Source: an uncultured Bacillus sp. (GTDB taxonomy: Bacteria > Bacillota > Bacilli > Bacillales > Cytobacillaceae). Taken from it: DNA of 64,000 bases. Numbering within the stretch: the first letter of the stretch is position 1; every line of letters starts with the position of its first letter. The notes beneath the pieces are model-generated. The model saw only the letters and a list, made by a program, of their open reading frames with translations. It was not told the origin of the DNA and did not search any database. Shown in pieces: positions 38,877 to 48,158 of the stretch. Position numbers and translations under genes: made by a program. The stretch covers positions 75,419 to 139,418 of the forward strand of contig CAZAEW010000002.1 in assembly GCA_964484065.1 (NCBI GenBank). Direction: 5' to 3'.

Positions 38877-40439
38877 TTGAATTTGAAAGAGGAGTACATT
38901 TTTTGGAGGCTGGCTCATTTTTTCATAACTGAACAAGGATATCGGCTTGTTCAATTGTTCGAAAATCAAAAAGAGTTATGGCTGGAAAAATTGGAAAATA
39001 AAAAAGTACCCGTTATTCGCTTGCTGAACCACAATTTGGATTGGAGCAATCGGATGCAAAGGGATATCGAATTTACTGCTCTAAATGGCGAAAAAATTCG
39101 TAAACAGACCGGCAGAAATGATCTGAACGTAACAAATATTTATGTCAGTCCATATCCGCCTGTAGATGATTACGAATTTCGTCTTGCGGAGCCGTTTGTC
39201 TTACCTGAAGGAAAGAAAACGGCTGTCAGTTCCATCCTTTTTGCAATGGGAACATATGAAACCGCGTTTAAAAGACTTTCCCAGCTTTTTGAAAGAGAAG
39301 TAACTTTTCCGATTGAGGAGGAGTACGCGGAGGAGGCTGTTGAAAACATAAAAAAAGCTTCCATTCATTATGCTGTGAAAAAGGCAAAGGCTGAGGAAAT
39401 GTTTTTTTCAAATCGTCCTCCATACTTTACCTATGCTTTTATCATTATCCAAATAGCTGTTTTCATTTGGCTGGAAACGCATGGAGGAAGCACAAATACT
39501 TCAACACTCATCAAATATGGAGCTAAAGTAAATCCGTTGATCTACGAAGGAGAATGGTGGCGTTTTATTACTCCTATCTTTTTGCACATTGGTTTTTTGC
39601 ATCTTGCGATGAACACACTTGCATTATATTACCTTGGCATAGCAGTGGAGAAAATTTACGGAAATTCTCGCTTTTTGTTTATTTATTTGTTTGCCGGAAT
39701 AACCGGATTTATCGCAAGTTATCTATTTAGCTCCAATCTTTCCGCAGGAGCAAGCGGTGCTATTTCCGGCTGTTTTGGAGCACTTTTGTACTTTGGAGCG
39801 ATCTATCCTAAACTTTTTTATCGGACGATGGGGCTTAACGTCATTTTCATTATTATTCTTAATCTTGCATTTGGGTTCTCCACAACCGGCATTGACAATG
39901 CCGGACATATAGGAGGATTAATTGGCGGTTTTCTTGCTGCTGGCATTGTTCATTTTCCGCAAAAGAAAAAATTATGGCTGCAGCTTTTATTTGTTATTCT
40001 GTCAACAGCTGTTGTTTGGGTATCCCTTTCTTATGGCTTCAGTGATACTGCCCGGGCGAAGGATGAGACTTCCGGCCTTATTCTCGCAAGAGATTACATA
40101 ATGAATCATCAATATACCAAAGCATACAAGGTTTTAAAGGAAACAGAAGCCAGGGCGAAAACTCCATCTGCCCAGCTTTATTTCTTATATTCGTATATTG
40201 AGATAAAACAGGATAACTTGGCTGAGGCAAAGCCTCACCTGCAAAAAGCGATTAAGTTAGATCCGAATTTTCACGAGGCCTATTATAATCTTGCCCTTAT
40301 CGATCTTGAGGAAAATGACTTGGAAAATGCTAAAGTAAACGCTGAAAAAGCGGCTAAATTAAAACCGGATCAGAAGGATTATACAAAACTAGTCAAAGAA
40401 ATTAATGTTCATATTCAATCATCTGGCGGAGGAGTATAG
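38877..40439 (+). CDS. gluP: rhomboid intramembrane serine protease GluP/YqgP with C-terminal TPR
   Basis: 520 aa. Rhomboid core with catalytic GASGAISG and NAGHIGGLIGG, a cytosolic N-terminal domain and C-terminal TPR repeats. The TTG start is uncertain (38877 or 38883). Confidence 0.85.
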   Translation: MNLKEEYIFWRLAHFFITEQGYRLVQLFENQKELWLEKLENKKVPVIRLLNHNLDWSNRMQRDIEFTALNGEKIRKQTGRNDLNVTNIYVSPYPPVDDYEFRLAEPFVLPEGKKTAVSSILFAMGTYETAFKRLSQLFEREVTFPIEEEYAEEAVENIKKASIHYAVKKAKAEEMFFSNRPPYFTYAFIIIQIAVFIWLETHGGSTNTSTLIKYGAKVNPLIYEGEWWRFITPIFLHIGFLHLAMNTLALYYLGIAVEKIYGNSRFLFIYLFAGITGFIASYLFSSNLSAGASGAISGCFGALLYFGAIYPKLFYRTMGLNVIFIIILNLAFGFSTTGIDNAGHIGGLIGGFLAAGIVHFPQKKKLWLQLLFVILSTAVVWVSLSYGFSDTARAKDETSGLILARDYIMNHQYTKAYKVLKETEARAKTPSAQLYFLYSYIEIKQDNLAEAKPHLQKAIKLDPNFHEAYYNLALIDLEENDLENAKVNAEKAAKLKPDQKDYTKLVKEINVHIQSSGGGV

Positions 40440-41280
40440 ATTCTCCTTGGGCAGATTCTGTTAACACCAGCAGATGGGTTTTATCTGTTGAGATCAAAAT
40501 GAGCGGAACGGTACTGCCAATGGGCTTTTCAATCGTACCGTCCGCTTTTTTTATTCCTAGTAAATAATTTTTATATAACCCTTCCCAGAGCCTGCCGATA
40601 ATGGCTTTGGTTTTATTTTTCGAAAGGCCGGCAAGTGAATCCAGTTTTTTTTCATTTAGTTCTGTTAATGGAAAATGATCGTACTGATCAGGATTAATCG
40701 AAAAAAAACGGATCCCCCTTTCCCAGCTGTAATGAAGCATCATGCTGGTCTGTGTATCCAGTCTATTTTTCCACTCTTGTTCTTCTTTGGAGGATGGGGA
40801 TCGAAAAGAATGCAATGGATAGCCGGCGGAAGGATTGATTACATAAAGCTGGTCAGACGATATTCGCTGTGAACTGAAGATTTGGTTATGGTGGTGCAGC
40901 TCGGCATAATGAAAAGCGATAGCTTGAAGGATCCCGCTTTGTTCAGCTGTAATCATTTTTTCCTGTTTAAGATAGTCTGTGTTTTGCTCCCAGCCTCGTA
41001 ACACGGCGGTTAAGCGTCCATTTGAGAACAATAAACCGGCATCTTGGCGCAAATAGGCTTTTCGATCAAGTGTTGATGTCAGCTTCCATATATATGTATA
41101 TTGGCCATTTGCTGCTTTTTTTAATAGTGTGATGGTTGTATTTGCTTCCCTAAATGAAATTTTTGGATCAATCGGAAAGTATGTAATACTTTCTTGAATG
41201 TTCTTGTCATGATGATTCAAAATGGCAGCGATATATACGAACAACAGAGCAAAGCCGATAAAGATAAAATTATTTTTCAT
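40402..41280 (-). CDS. hypothetical membrane-anchored protein
   Basis: 292 aa with N-terminal TM segment MKNNFIFIGFALLFVYIAAIL. No motif I recognise. Its 3' end overlaps the gluP 3' end by 38 nt. Confidence 0.5.
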   Translation of the reverse strand: MKNNFIFIGFALLFVYIAAILNHHDKNIQESITYFPIDPKISFREANTTITLLKKAANGQYTYIWKLTSTLDRKAYLRQDAGLLFSNGRLTAVLRGWEQNTDYLKQEKMITAEQSGILQAIAFHYAELHHHNQIFSSQRISSDQLYVINPSAGYPLHSFRSPSSKEEQEWKNRLDTQTSMMLHYSWERGIRFFSINPDQYDHFPLTELNEKKLDSLAGLSKNKTKAIIGRLWEGLYKNYLLGIKKADGTIEKPIGSTVPLILISTDKTHLLVLTESAQGESILLRQMIEYEH

Positions 41281-41463
41281 TTCGCTCTCCTTTTAAGGAC
41301 TTTTACTCAATTAAAAATATATGAAAGTTTCAGCAGTAAAGACCAAAAGAAAGGCAGAAAAAGGAAAGTAGAAACTAAAAATGAAATTCCAGTCTTGAGG
41401 CTGGATATTGGATGGATTATACTATATGTGTTTCCATTATTTCGAACTAAAGGGAGATTCACG

Positions 41464-41679
41464 ATGAAAACAATATATGATATTCAACAGTTTTTAAAGA
41501 AGTTTGGGACGATTATTTATGTTGGAGATCGGGTAGCTGATTTGGAATTAATGGAAGCGGAATTAAAAGAACTGTATCATTCACAGTTAATTGAAACGAG
41601 AGATTATCAAACAGCACGATTAATTCTAAGACATGAAATCCAAATGGAAAAAGATAAGCAAAAGAACATAAGAAAATGA
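41464..41679 (+). CDS. yqgQ: YqgQ-like small protein (DUF910)
   Basis: 71 aa. MKTIYDIQQFLKKFGTIIYVGDRVADLELMEAELKELY resembles B. subtilis YqgQ. RBS AAGGGAG. The track start at 41194 is an over-extension. Confidence 0.7.
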   Translation: MKTIYDIQQFLKKFGTIIYVGDRVADLELMEAELKELYHSQLIETRDYQTARLILRHEIQMEKDKQKNIRK

Positions 41680-41680
41680 A

Positions 41681-41712
41681 AAAGCCTGCTGCAAAGTGAG
41701 GCTTTTTTCATT
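41681..41712 (+). terminator. intrinsic terminator of yqgQ
   Basis: Stem AAAAGCCT / AGGCTTTT, followed by a T-run. Confidence 0.6.
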
Positions 41713-41756
41713 TTTATTTTTTAGGAACATATTAATAGAATAGGAGGATGGTGCGG

Positions 41757-42944
41757 ATGAAGATTCATGTTCGAAGAGGTGACTCGTTATTTTATTATAG
41801 TCAATTGTTCGGCGTTCCGTTGGAATTGATACAGGATTCTAATCATATAAAGGGTAATGGGACACTGCAAATTGGAGAAGAGATTCTCATTCCTGGATAT
41901 GAAACGGCCCCTTATATGGTACAGGATGGAGACACCCTTTGGAAAATTGCCAAACAGGATAAGTTTGCACTTGATGCTTTCATGATTGTCAATCAGCCCC
42001 ACTGCAAAAATAACCTACATCCCGGTGATGTTGTCCTTCTCCCGCGGAGAATTACAACATCACCCATAAACTCAACTGTCGGGTGTGACAGCGAAAAGTT
42101 AACCTCTTATTTACATCAATTAAAAACCATCTATCCATTCATTTCGATTAACCGGATTGGAACAAGTGTCTTAGGAAAGCCCCTGGTTGAGGTCCGTGTG
42201 GGTAAAGGGACAAAAAAAGTTCATATGAATGGCTCTTTTCATGCGAATGAATGGATTACAACCCTAGTACTACTGCGGCTGTTAAATGATTATTTACTTT
42301 CCTTAACGAATAAAACCGCGATTAGGGGGGATGAACCTCAAATCTGGTATCAAAACGTTGAATTATCACTGGTGCCAATGGTAAATCCGGATGGAGTAGA
42401 TCTTGTTCTGCTTGGACCGCCTTCCCACCTGCGTGATAATGTCCTAATGATCAATGATGGGAATACGGAGTTTGTTCATTGGAAAGCCAATATTCGCGGA
42501 GTTGATTTGAATAAGCAATATCCTGCAAATTGGGAAGTGGATAAAAAACGAAAGGCCCCGAAAGTTCCTTCCCCAAGGGATTATCCCGGGAACGCCCCGT
42601 TAACAGAACCAGAGGCAATAGCAATGGCAAAGTTAGCTTTAAAAAGCGGCTTTAGCCGTGTTTTGGCATTTCATACGCAAGGCGAAGAATTTTACTGGGG
42701 CTATGAAGGTCATGAACCGTCGGAATCGGCTGAAATTGCCAAAAAGTTTGAAAAAAACAGCGGCTATAAGGCTGTTCAATATGTAGATAGTCATGGAGGT
42801 TACAAAGATTGGTTTTTACAGGAATTTAAGCAGCCCGGATTTACGATTGAACTTGGCAAGGGGATCAATCCGCTTCCACTTTCTCAATTTAAGGATATTT
42901 TAAAAAAGGCAGAGGGCATTTTTTTTACTGCTTTATCTGTTTAA
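41757..42944 (+). CDS. yqgT: gamma-D-glutamyl-L-diamino acid endopeptidase-like M14 peptidase with two LysM domains
   Basis: About 395 aa. Two N-terminal LysM repeats (VRRGDSLFYYSQLFGV, VQDGDTLWKIAKQDKF) and an M14 zinc motif HANEWIT. Syntenic with B. subtilis yqgT. Confidence 0.8.
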   Translation: MKIHVRRGDSLFYYSQLFGVPLELIQDSNHIKGNGTLQIGEEILIPGYETAPYMVQDGDTLWKIAKQDKFALDAFMIVNQPHCKNNLHPGDVVLLPRRITTSPINSTVGCDSEKLTSYLHQLKTIYPFISINRIGTSVLGKPLVEVRVGKGTKKVHMNGSFHANEWITTLVLLRLLNDYLLSLTNKTAIRGDEPQIWYQNVELSLVPMVNPDGVDLVLLGPPSHLRDNVLMINDGNTEFVHWKANIRGVDLNKQYPANWEVDKKRKAPKVPSPRDYPGNAPLTEPEAIAMAKLALKSGFSRVLAFHTQGEEFYWGYEGHEPSESAEIAKKFEKNSGYKAVQYVDSHGGYKDWFLQEFKQPGFTIELGKGINPLPLSQFKDILKKAEGIFFTALSV

Positions 42945-43111
42945 AAAATTTCGGGATGAAGCAGTCGGGATAAACAAGCAAAATCGTAACAAAGGAATGA
43001 AAACAACAAGCCGTCTTGGGCGGCTTTTTTTATTATATATGAAACCTTTCTTATGGAAACTGCGTAATAATGGAGTATAATTTTAAAAAAGGGGTAGGAG
43101 TGCAGGATCGT

Positions 43112-44257
43112 ATGATAAATAAATGGATTAAGAAGAAGTCTTTTCCCCATCTGGCACTCATTTTTGTCATCCTGTCCATTTTTCTTTTAAATGCTTGCTC
43201 GATTCATCAAAATCAGCAGTCCTCTCTAAAAGTCAAATCTCATCCGCAAAAATCACAAATATCAGCAAAAGGAAAGGTAAACTGGAAATTACCGATCAGC
43301 ATTCCGGATGGAGAATTTTTTAAAATTGGAGGATGGCTTTCTCAGGAAAAGCTATTATACATAACCAACAAAGGACAAACGTCAAACTTGTATAGTTATC
43401 ATCTTACAACTGGAAAAAGTCAGTTGTTATATAAAAGTAAATATCCGATCGGAGCTGTTCAAATTAGCCCTAAAAAGAAATTTATCCTTATTCAATCTTC
43501 CCCATCTTCCTATGAAGGGAAAATCACCATTATAAATGTGAAGGGAACAGAAAAATACACACAATTCATTCCATCCCATGAGTTGTCGTTTGAATGGAAC
43601 CCTTATAAAGAATCAGAAATCCTCGTTTCGAAATTTAATGAGGATTGGTCGTTTCAGGTTTCTTTGGTGAATTTTGAAAAGAAAATGGTAAAGGATCTTT
43701 CTGTGCCGCAGCCCTTTTTGAAATGGGTGAATCAAAATAAGATTGCCTACCTGAATTGGGATATTAATAGCCAGACATTGTTTGCACCGCTTGCAGTCCA
43801 TTCTTTAACAACAGGGAAGGATCAAACTTTTTTTTCGAAGGTCTATCAATTTTCAACGTTTCCTAATACGCTCATGACCATAACTGTTAACGAAAATGAT
43901 AAATCAAAAGCTGTCTATTCCTTTTATGATCAAACGTTGAATTCAATCAATTCCTTTAAATTGCCGCAGCTTGCCAAATATTCGGATTGGCTGGTTCCAT
44001 ATTATGATTATTTTGAAAAAAACAAGCAGTTTTGGACATTCAGACCGAAAAAAAGCACGAATGTGGATTCTTATACAGAAGGGTTTCAGCTTGGTTCTTA
44101 TGATCTAAAAAGCGGAAAGTTCACGGTCATCCTTGAGGGAATGAACAATGAGCCGATCCTTTTATCCCCAAACGGGGAAGTCTGTTTATATGGAAACCGG
44201 TTTGAAAAGATCATTGATTTAAAGACAAAAAAAATAACCAAACTGGTTAAGGAATAG
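43112..44257 (+). CDS. yqgU: lipoprotein, YqgU-like (beta-propeller-like repeats)
   Basis: The start MINKWIKKK... is followed by signal peptide and lipobox LLNAC. Position is syntenic. The track start at 43070 is probably too far upstream. Confidence 0.55.
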   Translation: MINKWIKKKSFPHLALIFVILSIFLLNACSIHQNQQSSLKVKSHPQKSQISAKGKVNWKLPISIPDGEFFKIGGWLSQEKLLYITNKGQTSNLYSYHLTTGKSQLLYKSKYPIGAVQISPKKKFILIQSSPSSYEGKITIINVKGTEKYTQFIPSHELSFEWNPYKESEILVSKFNEDWSFQVSLVNFEKKMVKDLSVPQPFLKWVNQNKIAYLNWDINSQTLFAPLAVHSLTTGKDQTFFSKVYQFSTFPNTLMTITVNENDKSKAVYSFYDQTLNSINSFKLPQLAKYSDWLVPYYDYFEKNKQFWTFRPKKSTNVDSYTEGFQLGSYDLKSGKFTVILEGMNNEPILLSPNGEVCLYGNRFEKIIDLKTKKITKLVKE

Positions 44258-44323
44258 ACTGCACAGTTAATTTGGAAAAGCGATGAATTGCTTCCGGAAG
44301 TTGTTCCTGCGGAACTGCACATT

Positions 44324-44353
44324 AAAAAGACTGCCGAAGCCGGCAGTCTTTTT
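44324..44353. terminator. bidirectional terminator (yqgU / yqgW-like)
   Basis: 13-bp perfect stem AAAAAGACTGCCG / CGGCAGTCTTTTT with loop AAGC. Confidence 0.8.
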
Positions 44354-44528
44354 AATGTGTCCCTGTAGGAACTCCGTTATGAATGACTGTCATTACGACA
44401 AACCAGCCAAAGACGAGGACGGATGCAATACCCCAAAATGCTCCAAAAAAATTTTTGCTTTTTAGCGAACGCAGTGCACCAAAAGCGGCAAGGATCGTGA
44501 CTAAGGAAAAAATAATAACTAGTCCCAA
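44352..44528 (-). CDS. yqgW: small two-TM membrane protein, YqgW-like (DUF2759)
   Basis: Not in the ORF track (58 aa, TTG start). Sequence (M)GLVIIFSLVTILAAFGALRSLKSKNFFGAFWGIASVLVFGWFVVMTVIHNGVPTGTH with RBS AAAGGGGGA 6 nt upstream and a terminator at the stop. Confidence 0.55.
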   Translation of the reverse strand: MGLVIIFSLVTILAAFGALRSLKSKNFFGAFWGIASVLVFGWFVVMTVIHNGVPTGTH

Positions 44529-44766
44529 AAAAAATCCCCCTTTATCAATTAAGTACCTTGAGGTTTAAGACACGGTTATGTAATTATAGTATATACATGT
44601 AACTTTCATTTTATCGGTTTTTATTTCGGATGTCGAGAGTGTAAAAGAATTCAAATTTCGTCTTATACCGTCAAGGTTTGAAAGGACATTAAGTTTAGTG
44701 TCTATTCTTTTTATATGGTAAGTTATTATGGGAGAACTTTGAGAATTAGCAGTGGAGGATACAGAT

Positions 44767-45399
44767 ATGAAATGGACACAAATCCCTTTAGGGATTATGC
44801 AAACAAATTGTTATATTGCCGAACAAGATAGAGCCTGTTTAATTATCGATCCGGGCAGTGAAGGAACGAAACTCATTTCTTGGATCAATGAAAATAAATT
44901 AAAACCTATTGCCATTTTATTAACACATGCTCATTTTGATCACATTGGAGCTGTTGATGAAGTTCGCGAAAGATTTAACATTCCTGTTTATGTGCACGAA
45001 AAAGAGAAAGAATGGCTTCCAAACCCAATGTTAAATGGTTCGGAGCAGTTCCGGATGGCCCGTCCTGTTCAGGCAAAACCTGCAGAATGTTATTTTATGA
45101 AGGAAGAAAAATGTAAACTGGACTCATTTGAATTTATGGTGTTAGAAACACCGGGACACTCACCTGGAAGCGTTTCCTATTATTTTGAACGCGAAAAGGC
45201 AGTGGTGTCAGGAGATGCCTTGTTTAGTGGCAGTATCGGCCGTACAGACCTTTTAGGGGGCAATCACTCCCAATTGATAAACAGCATTCATGCAAAGTTG
45301 CTTGTGCTCCCTGAAGAAACGGTCGTTATGCCGGGACACGGGCCAACAACGACAATTGGGGAAGAGATGGATGGGAATCCGTTTTTAAATGGATTTTAA
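44767..45399 (+). CDS. yqgX: metallo-beta-lactamase-fold hydrolase (glyoxalase II-like)
   Basis: About 210 aa from the ATG 7 nt after GGAGGA. HxHxDH motif LLTHAHFDHIGA, then TPGHSPGS and GHGPTTTIG. Confidence 0.8.
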   Translation: MKWTQIPLGIMQTNCYIAEQDRACLIIDPGSEGTKLISWINENKLKPIAILLTHAHFDHIGAVDEVRERFNIPVYVHEKEKEWLPNPMLNGSEQFRMARPVQAKPAECYFMKEEKCKLDSFEFMVLETPGHSPGSVSYYFEREKAVVSGDALFSGSIGRTDLLGGNHSQLINSIHAKLLVLPEETVVMPGHGPTTTIGEEMDGNPFLNGF

Positions 45400-45401
45400 C
45401 G

Positions 45402-45435
45402 CCTCAAAACCCTTCACTTGGAAAGGGTTTTGAGG
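45402..45435 (+). terminator. strong hairpin after yqgX (no U-tract)
   Basis: 13-bp stem CCTCAAAACCCTT / AAGGGTTTTGAGG. No T-run follows it. Confidence 0.4.
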
Positions 45436-45529
45436 GGGATGTAATTGCATTATAGGAGGGAGTTCCTATATCAGATCAAAAACGATATTGATAATATGTT
45501 GATGATGTTAACTAAAGGGAGTTATCTAA

Positions 45530-46621
45530 ATGATTACATATTTAAAGGACCTCATTTTCCAGTCACCTGAACAGTTAATAACTTATGCAGATTATATCAA
45601 TGCGGTACTTTATCATCCGGAACACGGTTACTACATGAAAGCTAAGCAAAAAATCGGAAAAGCAGGAGATTTTATTACAACCAGCAATGTATCCGATATT
45701 TTTGGACGGACATTAGCAAAGTGGTTTTCGTTTCTATGCCGCGAAAATCAGCTTGCTCCAGTTTTTTGTGAAGTGGGTGCGGGGAACGGGCGATTTGCAA
45801 GGGCTTTTTTGGAAGAATGGAATGAAAGTATAAAAACACCGCTTCGATATATCATTATTGAGTCAAGCCCCTATCATCGCAAGCTGCAGTCAGAATTATT
45901 AAAGGATGATTTTCTGTTCGAACAGGCAGAGAGTATGGATAAATTGTCACCTATTGAAGGTATGATCTTTTCAAACGAATTGTTTGATGCACTGCCTGTT
46001 CATGTAATTGAAAAAGAAAATGACAATCTTTACGAGGTCATGATCGGAATAAAAGGCAGCGAATTATTTGAGGTGAACGTTCCGTTAACAAATCAAGAAA
46101 TCCTAAATTTTTTTCAGGAAAATAACCTTGAGTTAAAGGAAAAGCAGAGGATTGAGGTACCGCTTCTTGCAGAAGGAATGCTAGAAGGGATGTCCAGGGT
46201 GTTGAAGAAAGGCTTTATAACAACTGTAGATTACGGCTATACAAATGAAGAATGGATGAAGCCATCGCGAAGAAAAGGGAGTTTAAGGGGATATTATCAT
46301 CATGAAATGATAGAGAATGTTCTGCTTCATCCTGGTGATATGGATATTACCACACATGTTCACTTCGATTGGCTGATAAAGAAAGGGGAACAGCTTGGTT
46401 TAGAGTTTATGAATAAGTTAAGGCAGGATGAGTTTTTGCTGAAGACCGGAATATTGGAAGAACTTCAAAATCATTTTGACCCGAATCCCTTTTCTGAAAA
46501 AGCCAAGCGCAATAGAGCGATTCTAAGTCTAATCATGCCTTCTGGAATGAGTTCTTCTTTTCATGTATTAATTCAGCAAAAGGGTCTTCAAACCAGTACA
46601 GGCAAGCTGTTTTCCCATTAA
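45530..46621 (+). CDS. SAM-dependent methyltransferase, MidA/NDUFAF7 (DUF185) family
   Basis: 363 aa with RBS AAGGGAG. SAM-binding loop EVGAGNGRFA and overall DUF185 layout (GDFITTSNVSDIFG, FSNELFDALPVH). Confidence 0.7.
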   Translation: MITYLKDLIFQSPEQLITYADYINAVLYHPEHGYYMKAKQKIGKAGDFITTSNVSDIFGRTLAKWFSFLCRENQLAPVFCEVGAGNGRFARAFLEEWNESIKTPLRYIIIESSPYHRKLQSELLKDDFLFEQAESMDKLSPIEGMIFSNELFDALPVHVIEKENDNLYEVMIGIKGSELFEVNVPLTNQEILNFFQENNLELKEKQRIEVPLLAEGMLEGMSRVLKKGFITTVDYGYTNEEWMKPSRRKGSLRGYYHHEMIENVLLHPGDMDITTHVHFDWLIKKGEQLGLEFMNKLRQDEFLLKTGILEELQNHFDPNPFSEKAKRNRAILSLIMPSGMSSSFHVLIQQKGLQTSTGKLFSH

Positions 46622-46624
46622 ATA

Positions 46625-46655
46625 AAAACGCCGGGATCCTTATCCCGGCGTTTTT
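46625..46655. terminator. bidirectional terminator
   Basis: 14-bp stem AAAAACGCCGGGAT / ATCCCGGCGTTTTT between convergent genes. Confidence 0.8.
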
Positions 46656-46670
46656 CAAACTTTCTAAGCT

Positions 46671-46913
46671 TTACAGTGCTCCTTTAAGCGGCATCATAAA
46701 AGTTGTCCAATATGTAAAGCCGACAAAGAATATGGTCAAATAAGCACCGAATACATACATGTACATACGTTCTGAGAGTCTTAGATAACTTAAAAGAACA
46801 AAGAATCCTGTTTGAGCAAGAAACAGCATTGCCGTTTTGTCTAAATTGCCAAGCCAGAAAAAGATGGTAAAAACTCCTGTCCAAAATCCTAAAACTCTAA
46901 ACATGCGATCCAT
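46671..46913 (-). CDS. yqgY: small membrane protein, YqgY-like (DUF2626)
   Basis: 80 aa with 3 TM helices and a strong GGAGG RBS. Position is syntenic. Confidence 0.6.
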   Translation of the reverse strand: MDRMFRVLGFWTGVFTIFFWLGNLDKTAMLFLAQTGFFVLLSYLRLSERMYMYVFGAYLTIFFVGFTYWTTFMMPLKGAL

Positions 46914-46993
46914 GTGTATCCTCCTTTTACTTTATATACCATCACTTATATATTATAAAGTAAAAGCAAATGAAAAGTAAATGACGGCTGTCA

Positions 46994-47695
46994 CTAGATT
47001 GTCACAAATGCTTGATAACTGCAGTGATTACAGCCTGAAATCATATTTTCTTTTTCAATCAACTCTACAGAAGCAAAGAGTTCTTCAAACATTCCTTTGA
47101 GAAATTGCTGGTGCATATGGCAGACAGTATCGGAATGTTCTTGAGCAACTTCCTTGAATGGACAGTTATAGATCTGAAAATAGATTTTGGTTTTATCTCC
47201 ATTTGCTTCAAATTCAGGATAAAAACCTGCCAGTGTAGCAGCATTTCTCAAAATATTCAGCCTGTGTTCAAATTCTAATTCTTCACCTGCTAAAGATTTT
47301 TTGGCCATTTCCTGTTCAACAACTTCAGCCCCGAAGCGTTTTCCAGTTAAATATAAAGCTTTCTTTCCTTCTTCTCCAAGTGAAACCATAGTTTGAATCG
47401 CAACTTTTGCTAACAGCATGTAATCGCGGAAAGGAAAGTGAAGCTGAATGACGTCGTCTGACAGACGGTACAGTCTGCTTGGTCTGCCGCCTTTTCCGGT
47501 TTTTTTCGTTTCGGAAGCAAGCATGTTCACGTCTTCCAGTTTTGATAAATGAAGTCTTGCAACGTTTGGGTGGATATTAAAATTGTCGGCAACTTCTTGA
47601 ACAGTTACTTCTTGATGTCGTTTTGTAATGTATTGATAGATGTAATAACGGGTTGGATCTGATAAAACGTTTGTTATTTTTAGTGTTTGTTCCAT
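46994..47695 (-). CDS. winged-helix (ArsR/SufR-like) transcriptional regulator with Cys-rich C-terminal domain
   Basis: 233 aa from the ATG at 47695 (RBS GAGGTGA). The N-terminal wHTH is LSDPTRYYIYQYI...VTVQEVADNFNIHPNVARLHLSKLEDVNML. C-terminal Cys/His set: CPF...CHMH...GCNHC. Confidence 0.6.
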   Translation of the reverse strand: MEQTLKITNVLSDPTRYYIYQYITKRHQEVTVQEVADNFNIHPNVARLHLSKLEDVNMLASETKKTGKGGRPSRLYRLSDDVIQLHFPFRDYMLLAKVAIQTMVSLGEEGKKALYLTGKRFGAEVVEQEMAKKSLAGEELEFEHRLNILRNAATLAGFYPEFEANGDKTKIYFQIYNCPFKEVAQEHSDTVCHMHQQFLKGMFEELFASVELIEKENMISGCNHCSYQAFVTI

Positions 47696-47872
47696 TTGGT
47701 TCACCTCGACCCCCATAATATTTTCTATTATATTACAGCTTAAAAGGTTATGGAATGAGGTTAACAATATAAACACTATATGTTTAGAAAATGTTCACAA
47801 TTACATTCTTATAATGTTCAAAATATAAAAAAGTTATTCATAAGAGTTATAGAAGATGAAAAAGAAGCAGCA

Positions 47873-48067
47873 TTAACTGCTCCTTTTCCTCTTCTTTACC
47901 TCCATGTATAGTACATAGGGAATAATCCCAAACCAACGGTACCAAAAGGAACCTTTTGCATGGCGGCGTTCCTTCTTTATCCTTAAGCGTTCTTCTTTAG
48001 GTTGATCGATATATTTTACAAAGGTTTGTGTCATAAATTTTACGTAGTCATTTGTTTTCATAAACAT
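47873..48067 (-). CDS. yqzE: YqzE-like small protein
   Basis: 64 aa. NDYVKFMTQTFVKYIDQPKEERLRIKKERR followed by a hydrophobic tail. It lies immediately downstream of comGG, as yqzE does in B. subtilis. Confidence 0.55.
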   Translation of the reverse strand: MFMKTNDYVKFMTQTFVKYIDQPKEERLRIKKERRHAKGSFWYRWFGIIPYVLYMEVKKRKRSS

Positions 48068-48158
48068 ACCTTCTTTACTCCGTGCTGTTTATCAGTATGT
48101 CCATGATCACTAAATTCAACCATGTTTCATCATAAAAGGAGAGGGAGAATTTGCTCTA

